Shown here: piece by piece, positions 18,064 through 27,604 of the stretch
Layout of the letters: each line of letters starts with the position of its first letter
Numbering within the stretch: the first letter of the stretch is position 1
NCBI GenBank assembly: GCA_963837285.1
Contig: CAWIMS010000005.1
Coordinates: 1,844,437 to 1,908,436, forward strand
Direction of reading: 5' to 3'
Source of the DNA: an uncultured Actinomycetota bacterium
GTDB taxonomy: Bacteria; Actinomycetota; Actinomycetes; Mycobacteriales; Micromonosporaceae
Length of the DNA stretch: 64,000 nucleotides
Position numbers and translations under genes: made by a program
The notes under the pieces: model-generated
The model's input: the letters and a program-made list of their open reading frames with translations, nothing else
Told to the model about the DNA's origin: nothing
Databases searched by the model: none

Positions 18064-19233
18064 ATGACTTCCGCTCCCGAAATCGACCCGTCCAGCCCGG
18101 CAATGTTGGGGAATCCCTACCCCGTCTACGCGGAGCTCCAGGACAAACATCCCGTCTTCTGGCACGAAAAGGTCGGCGCCTGGATCGTCACCCGCTACGA
18201 GGACTGCCGCGACGTCCTCATCGACTCCGAGCGGTTCATCCGTGACCCCCGCCGGGTCAGCCAGCCCTCCTCCGAGGAGAGCGCGAGCGTCGCGACCCTC
18301 GGCGCGGAACGGCAAAACGACCTGAGGCGGCTCCTCATCGGCTCGATGCACTCCCAGGACACCGAGCAGCTCGGCCGCAACGTTCGGGCGAAAATCGACC
18401 AGATCCTCGCGACCGTCGCGTCCCGGCCGTCGTTCGACTGGATACCCGAGGTCGCCGCGCCACTCGCCGGCTCGATCACGGCGGAGTTGCTCGGCGTCCG
18501 GGAACCCGACCCCCGGATCTTCCAGGCGATCGCCGAGGGCATGGCCCTCAAGTTCGACGAGGACCTTGGTGAATACGACGCCGCGGCGGAACGCCGGATC
18601 CAGGAGGCCGTCGCGGCCTTTGGAGCCGTCATCGAAGAGTGGCTCGGCGCGGACGACACCCACGGCACGATCCTGACCCTCAAAAACCGGGCCGACGAGT
18701 TGAGCGTCCCTCTGCCGGTTATCAAGAACAGCATCGGCCTCCTTTTCAGCGGGAGCTACACCACGATCTTCGGCAGCTCCGGAAACCTCGCCTACACGGT
18801 CATGGAACGGCCCGACATCCTCGATCAGCTCCGCGACCCGGCCCTGCTGGGCACCGGGATCGACGAGTTCCTGCGGTTCCACGGACCGACGTGGGCCACC
18901 GGCCGGGTCGCGAAGCACGCGACGGAGATCCGGGGTGTCACCATCAAGCAGGGCGATCCGATCTTGGTTGTTGTCGCCGCCGCGAACCGCGATCCGGCCC
19001 AGTTCCCGCGGCCGCAGGACATCGTGCTCGACCGCACCCCCAACAAGCACCTCGCCTTCGGATGGGGCCCCCGCTCGTGCGTCGGGTCGCTGTTCGGTCA
19101 GCTCGCCCTCCGGCAGCTGATCGGCGCCCTGCACGACACACCGGCACCGCTGCGGTTGATCGGCACCCCGGTCCCGCTCCCCACGATCACGGTACGAAGC
19201 TTCGGCTCGCTCCCGGTCACGTTCCAGGCGTAA
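18064..19233 (+). CDS. Cytochrome P450
   Basis: ORF 17917..19233; ATG 18064 (MTSAPEIDP) follows GAAAGG. Heme loop FGWGPRSCVGS and EXXR motif (DEFLRFHG). Confidence 0.9.
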   Translation: MTSAPEIDPSSPAMLGNPYPVYAELQDKHPVFWHEKVGAWIVTRYEDCRDVLIDSERFIRDPRRVSQPSSEESASVATLGAERQNDLRRLLIGSMHSQDTEQLGRNVRAKIDQILATVASRPSFDWIPEVAAPLAGSITAELLGVREPDPRIFQAIAEGMALKFDEDLGEYDAAAERRIQEAVAAFGAVIEEWLGADDTHGTILTLKNRADELSVPLPVIKNSIGLLFSGSYTTIFGSSGNLAYTVMERPDILDQLRDPALLGTGIDEFLRFHGPTWATGRVAKHATEIRGVTIKQGDPILVVVAAANRDPAQFPRPQDIVLDRTPNKHLAFGWGPRSCVGSLFGQLALRQLIGALHDTPAPLRLIGTPVPLPTITVRSFGSLPVTFQA

Positions 19234-19242
19234 GGACAGTAG

Positions 19243-19282
19243 CCGTTCGGGCCCAGGCCGTCCCCGGCCTGGGCCCGAACGG
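19243..19282 (+). terminator. Intrinsic-terminator-like hairpin (18-bp perfect stem, 4-nt loop)
   Basis: CCGTTCGGGCCCAGGCCG-TCCC-CGGCCTGGGCCCGAACGG begins 10 nt after the P450 TAA. There is no U-tract, as is common in actinobacteria. Confidence 0.6.
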
Positions 19283-19587
19283 GCTGCCTGCCTAGAAGTG
19301 CGGCGGATGCGGTGCCGAGACCCGCCACGACTCCACAGTGGTGGGAATGTTGCGGGTCACCGGGCCGGTGGTGCGACGACCTCCGTCGGACGTCTTCAGC
19401 GGGCATCATCCCCCGTGATGTGACCACTCTCAGCCTCCCCGTGTGACTTTGACCAGCGCCATTCGCCGATCAAGAATCCCAGGCCGGCCGTAGTCGGGCA
19501 ATCGCCCCGACAGTTGTCAATACCCCTTGAGGGAACGCAGAGAAAACCCAGCCACCACAACGCTCCGGGCCGGATGTCAATCGGAAT

Positions 19588-20577
19588 CTACAGCCAACCG
19601 CACCGGACGGCGCGCACGCCCGCCTCGAACCGGCTGTGCGCGTCCAACCGGTCCATCAGGGTCGCCATCATGCGCCGCACCGACCGCAACGACAGACCCA
19701 GCCGCCGCCCGGCCGACTCGTCGGTGAGCCCGGTGGCCAGCAGGCGCAGCAGCTCGCGTTGCTGGTTCGTGAGCGCCTTGTCCGAGCGCGCCGGCAGTGG
19801 CGTGCCGAACGGTGCCGCCTGCGCCCACACCGCCTCGAACAGACAGACCAGCGCCAGCATGACGCCCGGGCCGCCGACCTGGACCGCACCCAGCCGGGTG
19901 TTGTCCGGATCGATCGGTAGCAGTCCGGTCGTCTGGTCGAACAACACCATACGTATCGGAAGCATCGCGGTCGTCCGCACTTGGCCACCAAGCTCGGTGA
20001 GCCATCGGGCGTACCGCACGGTCGCCTGGTCGTTGCGCATGCTGTCCAGGTACACCGTGCGTACCGTGAGGCCGCGGTCGAGCAGATGCCGGTCGAGCGG
20101 CCCGCTGGCCGCCAGGCTGGCGGTCGACTGCGCGCCTCCGGGCATGAACGACAGGCAACTGCTCGACGCCTCCTGCGCCAACTGCTCCAGCCGCCGGTGT
20201 ACCGCGTCCGTGCCGCGCAGGTTCTCGACCTCGTCGCCACGGCCGCCGAACCGATGCCGGGCGTACTCGGCGGCGAGCTGCGCCATCGACGCCCGGCTCT
20301 CCGCGAGCGCCTGCTGCCGGCGGGCGACGTCGGCCTCCTGCCGGGCGATCAGCGCGCCGAGCGCGACCGCCGGACTGACCGGGCGGAGCGCCTCGGAATC
20401 GCCGTCGGCAGACCGGCAAAGCAGCGCGAGTTCGGCGAGTTGGTCGAGTGCGGCGCGCACGTCAGACTCGGGCAGTGCCAGGTGGTCGGCGAGCTGCGCC
20501 ACGCCCCAGCTGTCGTTGGCCAGCATCGCCCGGTACACGGATTCGCAGGTCTGGTCGAGCCCGATTACTTCCAGCAT
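19588..20577 (-). CDS. LuxR-family transcriptional regulator
   Basis: ORF 19588..20619; ATG 20577 is preceded by GGGGGTACGAGG. C-terminal LuxR HTH LTNQQRELLRLLATGLTDESAGRRLGLSLRSVRRMM, plus an N-terminal winged-helix-like region. Confidence 0.85.
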   Translation of the reverse strand: MLEVIGLDQTCESVYRAMLANDSWGVAQLADHLALPESDVRAALDQLAELALLCRSADGDSEALRPVSPAVALGALIARQEADVARRQQALAESRASMAQLAAEYARHRFGGRGDEVENLRGTDAVHRRLEQLAQEASSSCLSFMPGGAQSTASLAASGPLDRHLLDRGLTVRTVYLDSMRNDQATVRYARWLTELGGQVRTTAMLPIRMVLFDQTTGLLPIDPDNTRLGAVQVGGPGVMLALVCLFEAVWAQAAPFGTPLPARSDKALTNQQRELLRLLATGLTDESAGRRLGLSLRSVRRMMATLMDRLDAHSRFEAGVRAVRCGWL

Positions 20578-20841
20578 CCTCGTACCCCCGTACGCCGTGG
20601 ATCCCAGGCAAATGATCATAGGTCACCGTCACTGCCGGCCGACTGATGCTGGCAGGGAGATGCCGGGCAGGTTGGTGCCAGCCGGCGGGCCTGCTGGCGG
20701 AGCGGTACGCGGCGCAGACTTCAGACAGCGACGCACGTCTCACGGAGGTACTCCATGAACGCGCTGAACCACCGCCGCCCGTACACCCTGACGCGGCGTC
20801 CCGGCGCCGGTTGGGACTGACCGCATGAGGGCGCCCAGTCG

Positions 20842-21120
20842 ATGCTGATGACCCTCGCAGCCCTCGACGCACCGGCCCGGGGCCCGCGCTCACGGGTCGA
20901 GGCGCAGATCGCGGCCGACATCCTGTGGGCCGCCACACGCCCCGAGGACCTCATCGAACACATCTATGTCCGGGCCGTCCGGCACGGCTTGTATCTCGTT
21001 TTCTACCAGCGCGCACCGGATCCGGAAATCGCGGCCAGGACCGTGGTGCGGCTGTGCCAGCGGGCCGGTCACGCCTCACCACTCCTGCGCGGCTGGGCGG
21101 TTCACATTCTCGAACCGTGA
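20842..21120 (+). CDS. Hypothetical small protein upstream of SARP gene
   Basis: 92-aa ORF with mostly G/C-ending codons and no recognisable motif. Confidence 0.35.
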   Translation: MLMTLAALDAPARGPRSRVEAQIAADILWAATRPEDLIEHIYVRAVRHGLYLVFYQRAPDPEIAARTVVRLCQRAGHASPLLRGWAVHILEP

Positions 21121-21163
21121 GCCGGCCGCCGCTGTCCATGACCTGCCGTGGGAAGGACTCACA

Positions 21164-22042
21164 GTGTCTTTTGGGGTACTCGGCCCGCTGTGCGTGGGCC
21201 GCGACGGAGTTCGGCACGTGCCGACCGCGCCGAAGCAACGGCAGCTTCTCGCTCTCCTGCTGATGAACGCCAATCAGGTCACCTCGGTGTCCGAGTGCAT
21301 CGAGGAGCTGTGGGGGGACCGTCCACCGAACACGGTCATCCCGACCCTCTACACCTACGTGATGCAGCTGCGGAAGGCGTTCGGCGGGCAGGAGCCACGG
21401 AATGGACGGACCTGTGCCCGTCTGGTCACCAGGAATCGCGGTTACACGTTCGCGGTCAATCCCGGCGACGTCGACCTGCACGTGTTCGAGGAACGGGTGG
21501 AGCAGGCCCGCCGGGCGCTCGAAGACGACAATGACGAGCTGGCCGCCGAACTGTTCCACGACGCGCTGGCTGTCTGGCGCGGGCCGGCCCTCGTCGACGT
21601 ACATCTCGGGCCGCTGCTGCGGTGCCGCGTCGCGGGCCTGGAAGAGTCCCGGATCAGCGTCCTGGAGCAGCGCATCGAGGCGGATCTGCGCCTCGGCCGG
21701 CATCAGGAGCTGCTCGGCGAGCTCTCGATGCTGGTGGAAAAGCACCCGCTGCATGAGAACCTGCACGCCCAGCTCATGCTGGCCCTCTACCGGTCCGGCC
21801 GGCACGCGCATGCCCTGGACGTGTACCAGCGGCTGCGGCGGCTGCTCGCCGATGAGCTGGGCATGGAGCCCCTGCCCCGGATCCGGCGGCTACACGGCGC
21901 GATCCTCCGCTCTGATCCGGCGCTGGACACCCGGGCGGACGTGCGGTCCAGGTTGTCACTGGACATCATGGACCGGCCGGCTCAGCCGGCGGAGCACCCG
22001 CACCGTGCCCGCCGGCCGAGACGGCCACCGCCGCAGCGCTGA
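21164..22042 (+). CDS. SARP-family regulator (OmpR-type winged helix + BTAD)
   Basis: ORF 20966..22042; GTG 21164 follows GGAAGGA. FGVLGPLCVGRDG...KQRQLLALLLMNANQVTSVSECIEELWG and the BTAD-like ...LHAQLMLALYRSGRHAHALDVYQRLRRLLADELGMEP. Confidence 0.85.
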   Translation: MSFGVLGPLCVGRDGVRHVPTAPKQRQLLALLLMNANQVTSVSECIEELWGDRPPNTVIPTLYTYVMQLRKAFGGQEPRNGRTCARLVTRNRGYTFAVNPGDVDLHVFEERVEQARRALEDDNDELAAELFHDALAVWRGPALVDVHLGPLLRCRVAGLEESRISVLEQRIEADLRLGRHQELLGELSMLVEKHPLHENLHAQLMLALYRSGRHAHALDVYQRLRRLLADELGMEPLPRIRRLHGAILRSDPALDTRADVRSRLSLDIMDRPAQPAEHPHRARRPRRPPPQR

Positions 22043-22059
22043 CTGACCGATCGGACCGG

Positions 22060-22359
22060 TCAGACCTCCTGCGGCGAGCCGGTCATCCTGACGTCGGTCA
22101 GGTGTGGGTCGCCCTTGATGAAGGGCTTCAATTCGGCGTACCGGCTCCGGAACTCGACCTGCTGTGTCGCCTGGTCGAACGACTCGGCGTCCGTCCACTC
22201 GGCGACCATGAAGTAGACGTTGGCGTCTTTCTGGGAGCGGGCCAGCACGAATCGCACGATCCCCGGCTGCGTCAGCATGAAACTGGCGACCGGCTCGAAG
22301 TGGCGTTCAAACTGCTCGGCCGGACCGAGCAGCGTGAGCTTGTTGAGGAAGATGACCAC
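22060..22359 (-). CDS. Antibiotic biosynthesis monooxygenase (ABM, ActVA-Orf6-like)
   Basis: 99 aa with an ABM-like pattern (VRFVLARSQKDANVYFMVAEWTDAESFDQA). The type II PKS context supports the call. Confidence 0.75.
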   Translation of the reverse strand: MVIFLNKLTLLGPAEQFERHFEPVASFMLTQPGIVRFVLARSQKDANVYFMVAEWTDAESFDQATQQVEFRSRYAELKPFIKGDPHLTDVRMTGSPQEV

Positions 22360-22372
22360 GACGCCTCCGTTC

Positions 22373-23440
22373 TCAGCTGATCTGCCCGGCGAACCGCGGC
22401 AGGACGTGCTCGGCGAACAGCCGCATGGTCCGTTCCGACTCCTGGAGCGGTGGGTTTCCGGAGATGACCTGGAGGCTCACCGTGACGTCGCCGTACCAGT
22501 CCGCAATCGTCCGGACCCGGTCGAGCACCTCGGCCGGGGATCCGACCAGCACCTTGCCGTCCCGTAGCTGGCTGTCGAAGTCGCTACCGCGGATCCGCTC
22601 GACGATCTGCTCGTACCCGCGGTAGGCGTCGCTGCGCGTGTGGCTCCACGCGGCCACCGCTTCGAGCAACGTCTCGTTGGTACGCGCCGAGTAGACCCGG
22701 CCCCACCGGTACGCCTCGGCGGGGTCCTCGGCGAGATAGCAGTTGTAGCTGAGATGGATCGGGCCGGTGTCCGGGTCGAACCCGGCGTCGGCGCGTGCTT
22801 TCCGGTACAGCGCAAGCATTTCCTGAAGCTTGTCGCGCTTGTTGATGGCCGGCACGACCATCAGCCCGTACCCGGACCTGCCGGCCGCCTCGCAACTGTC
22901 CGGTGTCACCGCCGATGCGACGAGGATCGGCGGGTGTGGCCGCTGGTACGGTCGAGGCAGCAGCGTAACGGGCCCGAACCGGTGGAACCGGCCGGTCCAG
23001 ACGACGTTCTCCTCCGCCCACAGCCGGCGGCACGCCTCGACCCCTTCGTCGAAACGCAGCCGACTCTCGTCCATGGGTACCTCGAAGGCCTGGAACTCGT
23101 CGGGCAGGAAGGCGCGGCCGAACCCGACGTCGAGGCGACCCTGCGAGATGTTGTCCAGCATCGCCAGCTTGCCGGCGAGCTTGACCGGGTGCGAGAAGGC
23201 CGGGATGACCGCGCCGGTGACCAGCCGGACCCGCCGGGTACGGGCGGCCACGGCGGCCAGGAACGTCACCGGGTCGGGGCTGTAGCCGCCGTATGCGTGG
23301 AAGTAGTGCTCGACGGTCTTGACGTGGTCGTAGCCCAGTTCATCGGCGAGTTCGGCCAGGCTCAAGGACTCCGCGAAGTACCGGGCGGCATTCTTGTCCG
23401 CGGACCCGACGGTGGGAAACAGGTTGATCCCGAACTTCAT
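22373..23440 (-). CDS. Luciferase-like (LLM class) flavin-dependent oxidoreductase
   Basis: MKFGINLFPT...LGYDHVKTVEHYFHAYGGYSPDP is the typical LLM N-terminus. 355 aa. Confidence 0.85.
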   Translation of the reverse strand: MKFGINLFPTVGSADKNAARYFAESLSLAELADELGYDHVKTVEHYFHAYGGYSPDPVTFLAAVAARTRRVRLVTGAVIPAFSHPVKLAGKLAMLDNISQGRLDVGFGRAFLPDEFQAFEVPMDESRLRFDEGVEACRRLWAEENVVWTGRFHRFGPVTLLPRPYQRPHPPILVASAVTPDSCEAAGRSGYGLMVVPAINKRDKLQEMLALYRKARADAGFDPDTGPIHLSYNCYLAEDPAEAYRWGRVYSARTNETLLEAVAAWSHTRSDAYRGYEQIVERIRGSDFDSQLRDGKVLVGSPAEVLDRVRTIADWYGDVTVSLQVISGNPPLQESERTMRLFAEHVLPRFAGQIS

Positions 23441-23462
23441 GAAGACAGGCTGTCATCGGCGG

Positions 23463-24539
23463 CTAGCGGCGAGGTAAAAGCCCGATAGTGCGGGCCAGCA
23501 GCCGGGTCGCGTTGCGGTGTAACGGGAAATCCGCGCCGTGCGGAAGGACGCCGCTGTCGGTGGCCAACCGGACCAGCCGCGCGGTGATGAGACAGAAGCG
23601 GAAGCCGGCGAACACTTCGTAGTAGTCCAGCTGCCGCACCTGCCGGCCGGTCAGTTCCTCGTACCGCGCGACGGTCTCGGCACGGTCGGGCAGTCCGGGC
23701 AGCCGTGTGGCGCCGATTCCCGCGCTGAGATGCCGGTCGAGGTACAGGTACCAGGCGAGGTCGATCTCAGGTGGACCCAGCCCGGCCATCTCCCAGTCGA
23801 GCACGGCGGCCGGGCGGACGCCGGCAAAGATGATGTTTCCGAGCCGGGCGTCCCCCCAGAGCAGGCTCGACGGTCCGCGTTCCGGTGGCGGGTGGCCGCG
23901 CAGCCACTCCAGTGCCGCGAGCGGCACGGGCGCGTCCGCGCAGCCGAAGAAGTCCAGGTGGTCGGCGTAGGAGTTGAGCTGCTGGACGAGCGGGGTCGGC
24001 CCGGATGCCGGCTGGTCGAGCCCGTCGATACCCAGCGCCACCGGGTCGAGTCGGTGGATGCGGCACAGGATGTCGATACCCGCGTACCACAGCCGGGCAC
24101 GGTCGGCGGGCGTCAACTCGGTGACCCATCCGGCCGCGTGGTAGGACGGCAGGTCGGCCGGCACCCGACCGGCCACGAAGTCCATGACGGCGAACGGCGC
24201 GCCGAGCACGTCCGGGGTCGGTTCGAATCCCCGCGGCGCGGGCACCGGCACGTCGGTGTGTTCGTGCAGCGCGCTCATGACCCGGTACTGCTCGGCGAAG
24301 CGCGACCACGGGTACAGCCGGTGCCCGCTCGGGGCGACACGCACCACGAGTACCTCCCGCAGGGTGCCGGCCGGCCCGGTGCGGCCGACGTCCACCAGCA
24401 GGGTCTCGGTGGAGAACCCCTGGCGAGGCACCTCGACGCCGTGCACGACCACATCGGTGCCGGCCGGGGCGCGCTCGCGCAGCCAGGCGCCCAGCTGGGC
24501 CCGCGTCAGTTCGGGGTCACGTTGCTGCGGTACTGGCAT
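23463..24539 (-). CDS. Phosphotransferase-family protein (APH-like)
   Basis: Catalytic region LLWGDARLGNIIFAGVRPAAVLDWEMAGLGPPEIDLAWYL. Confidence 0.8.
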   Translation of the reverse strand: MPVPQQRDPELTRAQLGAWLRERAPAGTDVVVHGVEVPRQGFSTETLLVDVGRTGPAGTLREVLVVRVAPSGHRLYPWSRFAEQYRVMSALHEHTDVPVPAPRGFEPTPDVLGAPFAVMDFVAGRVPADLPSYHAAGWVTELTPADRARLWYAGIDILCRIHRLDPVALGIDGLDQPASGPTPLVQQLNSYADHLDFFGCADAPVPLAALEWLRGHPPPERGPSSLLWGDARLGNIIFAGVRPAAVLDWEMAGLGPPEIDLAWYLYLDRHLSAGIGATRLPGLPDRAETVARYEELTGRQVRQLDYYEVFAGFRFCLITARLVRLATDSGVLPHGADFPLHRNATRLLARTIGLLPRR

Positions 24540-24641
24540 GTCTTTTCACCGCGGCCCACGGTACGGGCGGCACGAAAGCCTTGCAATCGCACGCTATCCG
24601 CCCTCCAGCCGGCCTTCAGATCCGCTCGTCAGGCTGATGGA

Positions 24642-25547
24642 ATGGCGGGACGCATGGAGGAGGTGTCGGATTCGGTCTTCGCGTACGTGCAACCCGACGG
24701 AGGCTGGTGTGTCAGCAATGCGGGGCTGGTGGTCGGGCGGACCACGGCCGCCGTCATCGACACCGCCGCCACCGAGCAGCGGGCCCGTCGGCTGCGCGAG
24801 GAGGTGACACGGATTGCGCCCGCACCGCCCCGGATGCTGGTCAACACCCACCACCACGGCGATCACACCTTCGGAAACTGGTTGTTCGGACCGGATGTCA
24901 CGGTGGTGGCTCACGAGCTGGCCCGCGCCGAGATGGCGCGCGGCGGGTTGGCGCTGCGCGCCGTATGGCCGGACGTCGAGTGGGGCGAGATCCACCTCGC
25001 CCTGCCGTCGGTCACCTTCACCGACCGGCTCACCCTCCACCTCGACGAGGTCGAACTCCAACTGATCCACGTCGGCCCGGCGCACACGACCAACGACGTG
25101 GTCGTGTGGCTGGCTGACCGCGGTGTCCTGTTCGCCGGTGACGTGGTGCTGTCGGGCTGCACCCCGTTCGTCCTCATGGGATCGTTGGAGGGCTCCCTGC
25201 GGGCCATCGCCGAGCTGCGCGCGCTGCGGCCGCGCACCGTCGTGTGTGGACACGGGCCGGTGTGCGGACCCGGGGTGCTCGACACCACCGAGCGGTACCT
25301 GCGGTGGGTGCGCGACCTCGCCCGGGCGGGCAGCGCGGCGGGCCTGAGCCCGCTGGAGACCGCGCTGGAAGCCGATCTCGGCGAATTCGGGGCGCTGCTC
25401 GACGCCGAGCGCCTCGTCGCGAACCTCACCCGGGCGTACCGGGAACTGCGCGGCACGGAGGCGCTCGGCGCGCACCTGCCGTCCGCTCCGGTCTTTCGGG
25501 ACATGGCGGCCTGGAACGGCGGGCGGATGCCGTCCTGCCTGGCGTGA
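24642..25547 (+). CDS. MBL-fold metallo-hydrolase (possibly ActIV-like cyclase/thioesterase)
   Basis: ORF 23538..25547 is mostly antisense shadow. ATG 24642 (alt. 24654). HxHxDH motif NTHHHGDHTFGN. The ActIV-like role is inferred from PKS context only. Confidence 0.8.
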   Translation: MAGRMEEVSDSVFAYVQPDGGWCVSNAGLVVGRTTAAVIDTAATEQRARRLREEVTRIAPAPPRMLVNTHHHGDHTFGNWLFGPDVTVVAHELARAEMARGGLALRAVWPDVEWGEIHLALPSVTFTDRLTLHLDEVELQLIHVGPAHTTNDVVVWLADRGVLFAGDVVLSGCTPFVLMGSLEGSLRAIAELRALRPRTVVCGHGPVCGPGVLDTTERYLRWVRDLARAGSAAGLSPLETALEADLGEFGALLDAERLVANLTRAYRELRGTEALGAHLPSAPVFRDMAAWNGGRMPSCLA

Positions 25548-25563
25548 CGGGCGCGGTCCCGCG

Positions 25564-26499
25564 TCAAACCTGGGTGACCGTGGCCGCGTACTCCTTGGCG
25601 TGCTGCATCGTGGTGGTGCTGTTCTGGCCCAGGGCCGTGCGAACCATGGCGCGCGCGTCGTCGACGGTCGCGTCCTCGCCGAGGATCGCGGGGATCGCCG
25701 ACGGTTTGATGACGACGGTGTGGATCGAGGTGATCTCGACTCCGTCCGCGTCTTCGGCGATGAGCCACCGCCCGGTGTGCGCGGTCATCAGGGCCGGCGT
25801 CCGGAGTTGCTTGTACACGATCTCGCGCGACGGGAGGCAGACCCGCACCGACGTGGTGGTGTGCGTCGAACCGTCGCTGGTCCGGGTGTCCATCTCGAGG
25901 AGTTGGACGCCGGGGGTGTCCTCGCGCAGGTCGACCCGCGAGACGTGGGGCAGCCGCTCCGGCCACGCCTGCGCCCGGTAGATGAAGTCGTAGACGTCCT
26001 CGGCCGCGCCGTCGCCGCGGACGACGTCGGCGAATGACAGCAGCAGCGCGCGGTGCCGGTCCTGCTGCTCCGCCCAGGTCTTGAGCGCGTCGAGTTCCGC
26101 GTGGCTGTTGCGGTCGACGGCGCGCGTGATCCATTCCAGGCTGGCCGGGTCGTCGTCGACCGGCCGGAAGTCGTGGGTGAGCCGGACCAGGCTTTCCCCT
26201 TCCGACAGCGGTTCGACGATCCACGCACCGCCCATGGCGGCTACCGGCGGTGCGGACACCTCCTGGCGGAACGCGATCCGCAGCCGCGTGCGGTCTAGGT
26301 GCCGACGCGACGTCCAGGTCTTGACCGCACCGTTGGCGGTGGCCCAGATCCGGAGCCGCTCATCGGTGTCGCCGCGTTCGAGGTACTCCACGTGGACGGT
26401 CGGCGGGAAGATGATGGGCCAGCTCGTCACGTCGGCGAGCAGTTCGAAGACGAGTGCCGCCGGAGCCAGCAGTGTGATCCGGTGTTCGGTCTCGTACAT
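25564..26499 (-). CDS. Didomain polyketide aromatase/cyclase (SRPBCC, TcmN/ActVII-like)
   Basis: 311 aa with two SRPBCC halves. The N-terminus MYETEHRITLLAPAALVFELLADVTSWPIIFPPTVHVEYLE is typical of ARO/CYC. RBS GAGAGGA. Confidence 0.85.
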   Translation of the reverse strand: MYETEHRITLLAPAALVFELLADVTSWPIIFPPTVHVEYLERGDTDERLRIWATANGAVKTWTSRRHLDRTRLRIAFRQEVSAPPVAAMGGAWIVEPLSEGESLVRLTHDFRPVDDDPASLEWITRAVDRNSHAELDALKTWAEQQDRHRALLLSFADVVRGDGAAEDVYDFIYRAQAWPERLPHVSRVDLREDTPGVQLLEMDTRTSDGSTHTTTSVRVCLPSREIVYKQLRTPALMTAHTGRWLIAEDADGVEITSIHTVVIKPSAIPAILGEDATVDDARAMVRTALGQNSTTTMQHAKEYAATVTQV

Positions 26500-26512
26500 G
26501 CTGCTCGTCCTC

Positions 26513-27298
26513 TCAGTAGTTGCCCAGCCCGCCGCAGACGTTGATCGCCTGCGCGGTGACCGGCGCGGCCGCGTCGGAGACCAGATAGCAGACCATGCCG
26601 GCGACCTCCTCCGGCGTCGTGTACCGGCCCAGCGGGATCTTCGCTTCGAACCGCTCCAGCACGGCCGCCTCGTCGGTACTCCACATCTGGGCGTATCCCT
26701 GGCGGACCCGCTGGGCCATCGGCGTCTCGACGTAACCGGGGCAGACCGCGTTCACCGTGACTCCGGTCTTGGCCAGCTCCAACCCGAGCGCCTTGGTGAA
26801 GCCGACGACACCGTGCTTGGACGCAGAGTACGGCGCGCCGAACACGACGCCCTGCTTGCCGCCGGTGGACGCGATGTTGACGACCCGGCCGTACCCTCGG
26901 GCCAGCATGCCGCCCGCCGTCAGGACCTCACGGGTCACCCAGAAGACGCTGTTGAGGTTGGTGTTGATGACGTCGAGCCACAGGTCGTCGGCGATCTCGG
27001 CGGTAACCCCGCCGCCGCTGCGGCCGGCGTTGTTGACGAGCACGTCCACCGGCCCGGCCTGCTCCACCGCGGCCCGTACGAACCCGCGTACGTCCGCCAC
27101 CACGCGGACGTCGCAGGAGCGGCCGTCCACGTCGTACCCCTCCGCGCGCAGGCGCTTGGCGGTCAGCGCGACGGCGTCGACGTCGCGGGCACAGATGAAC
27201 ACCCGAAACCGGCGTTCGGCGAGCGCCCTCGCCACGGCAAGGCCGATCCCGCTGGTCGCCCCGGTGACGATCGCCACCCGTCGTCCCTCGTCCGGCAT
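26513..27298 (-). CDS. Polyketide ketoreductase (SDR, ActIII-like)
   Basis: VAIVTGATSGIGLAVARALA and YSASKHGVVGFTKALGLELAKTGVTVNAVCPGYVETPMA. RBS GGAGGAG. Confidence 0.9.
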   Translation of the reverse strand: MPDEGRRVAIVTGATSGIGLAVARALAERRFRVFICARDVDAVALTAKRLRAEGYDVDGRSCDVRVVADVRGFVRAAVEQAGPVDVLVNNAGRSGGGVTAEIADDLWLDVINTNLNSVFWVTREVLTAGGMLARGYGRVVNIASTGGKQGVVFGAPYSASKHGVVGFTKALGLELAKTGVTVNAVCPGYVETPMAQRVRQGYAQMWSTDEAAVLERFEAKIPLGRYTTPEEVAGMVCYLVSDAAAPVTAQAINVCGGLGNY

Positions 27299-27308
27299 GT
27301 CTCCTCCT

Positions 27309-27563
27309 CTAGCGGATGTGCGCGTTGACGAGGTCGAGGAACGCCCGCAGGCTGGTGGCCTCGGAAACCACCTCGTCGCTGAGTTTCACGCCGTAGTCGC
27401 GCTCCACCCGGCTGGACACCTCCAGTACCGCGAGCGAGTCGTATCCGAGGTCGGTGAAGTCGGCGTCCAGGTTGTCGCCGCCGAGGTCCACCGACTCGCC
27501 CTCACCGGCGCACTCGCGCATGATCCGCTTCAGCTCGTCGATCGACAGTTCCTGCATGGGCAT
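27309..27563 (-). CDS. Type II PKS acyl carrier protein
   Basis: 84 aa with LGYDSLAVLE (DSL serine). RBS GGGGAG. Confidence 0.9.
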   Translation of the reverse strand: MPMQELSIDELKRIMRECAGEGESVDLGGDNLDADFTDLGYDSLAVLEVSSRVERDYGVKLSDEVVSEATSLRAFLDLVNAHIR

Positions 27564-27604
27564 GTCGGACTCCCCTCACACTGTTCTTCCCGGCGGTTCG
27601 GCAC

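Noticed and set aside
17791-19134. 447-aa ORF on the - strand, and similar shadows (4973..6619, 24911..26224, 47195..48760, 47665..49011, 28942..29928, 16702..17613)
   Set aside because: Each is opposite a CDS with strong family motifs and shows the biased composition of antisense frames in high-GC DNA.
19493-19511. Terminator hairpin downstream of the LuxR gene
   Set aside because: It is only a 6-bp stem (GTCGGG/CCCGAC) with a 7-nt loop, so support is insufficient.
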